Below, piece after piece: positions 63,519-64,000 of a stretch of 64,000 nt of DNA (its first letter is position 1; the number at the start of each line of letters is the position of its first letter). The notes beneath the pieces are model-generated. The model saw only the letters and a program-made list of their open reading frames with translations. It was not told the DNA's origin and did no database searches. The stretch spans positions 13,392,001-13,456,000 of the forward strand of contig CM059432.1 in assembly GCA_030390025.1 (NCBI GenBank), read 5' to 3'. Origin of the DNA: Squalus acanthias. Its lineage: Eukaryota. Made by a program: the position numbers and the translations under genes.

Positions 63519-63759
63519 TAAAATATCCTTCACTCAAGGCTATATGACCTCCTTGACCCCCTCCCCTGCCAAGGCTCTACGGTATGCACCTATGACTATT
63601 AGATAGAAACTTGGCCACCCCTAGATTAGGCCATTAGAGAGCTTCTGGATGGATTTTAAAACCAATTCAAATTGGAATCACAGGGAAGACTAAAATGTGA
63701 GCTGTCAAATCAAGAGCAGACTGCTTTGCTGGGGAGCTACTAAGCAATTTTCATTCAAT

Positions 63760-64000
63760 ATAGAATCATACAATGGTTACAGCACAGAAGGAGGTCATTC
63801 GGCCTGTCGAGCCTGTGCCGGCTCTTTGCAAGAGCACTTCAACTAGTCCCTCTCCCCTGCCCTTTCCCCGTAGCCCTGCAAATTTTTTTCCTTCAGGTAC
63901 TTATCCAATTCCCTTTTGAAAGCCACAATTGAATCTGCCTCCACCACCCTTTCAGGCAGTGCATTTCAGATCCTAACCAGTCGCTGCGTAAAGTTTTTCC
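63760..64000 (-). mobile_element. CR1 3' end, running off the window
   Basis: Reverse complement of the CR1 tail (GGCCGAATGACCTCCTTCTGTGCTG...ATGATTCTA). Confidence 0.75.

Overview
Vertebrate genomic DNA, most likely from a cartilaginous fish. This is inferred from the shark-type HE1/V-SINE, Deu-SINE, CR1 and Penelope repeats. The left ~35 kb is a dense nest of mobile elements. Its centrepiece is an internally deleted foamy-virus-like (spumaretroviral) endogenous provirus on the minus strand (12447-19801). It has two ~1.13-kb LTRs, a TGGT target-site duplication, a tRNA-Lys-type PBS, a PPT, an RNase H-integrase frame split by a CR1 insertion, and a truncated env-position ORF. A solo LTR of a sister lineage (21631-23415) sits in the same host CR1 LINE. 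The right ~29 kb holds the CpG-rich promoter and first five coding exons of PPP4R1 (+ strand), with repeat-filled introns. Other points of interest are a local chimeric retro-duplication, an ORF1-intact and ORF2-deleted CR1, several Harbinger, hAT and Tc1/mariner MITE families, SINEs with different 3' tails, and Penelope remnants. Family names and reference motifs come from recall, not from database searches.
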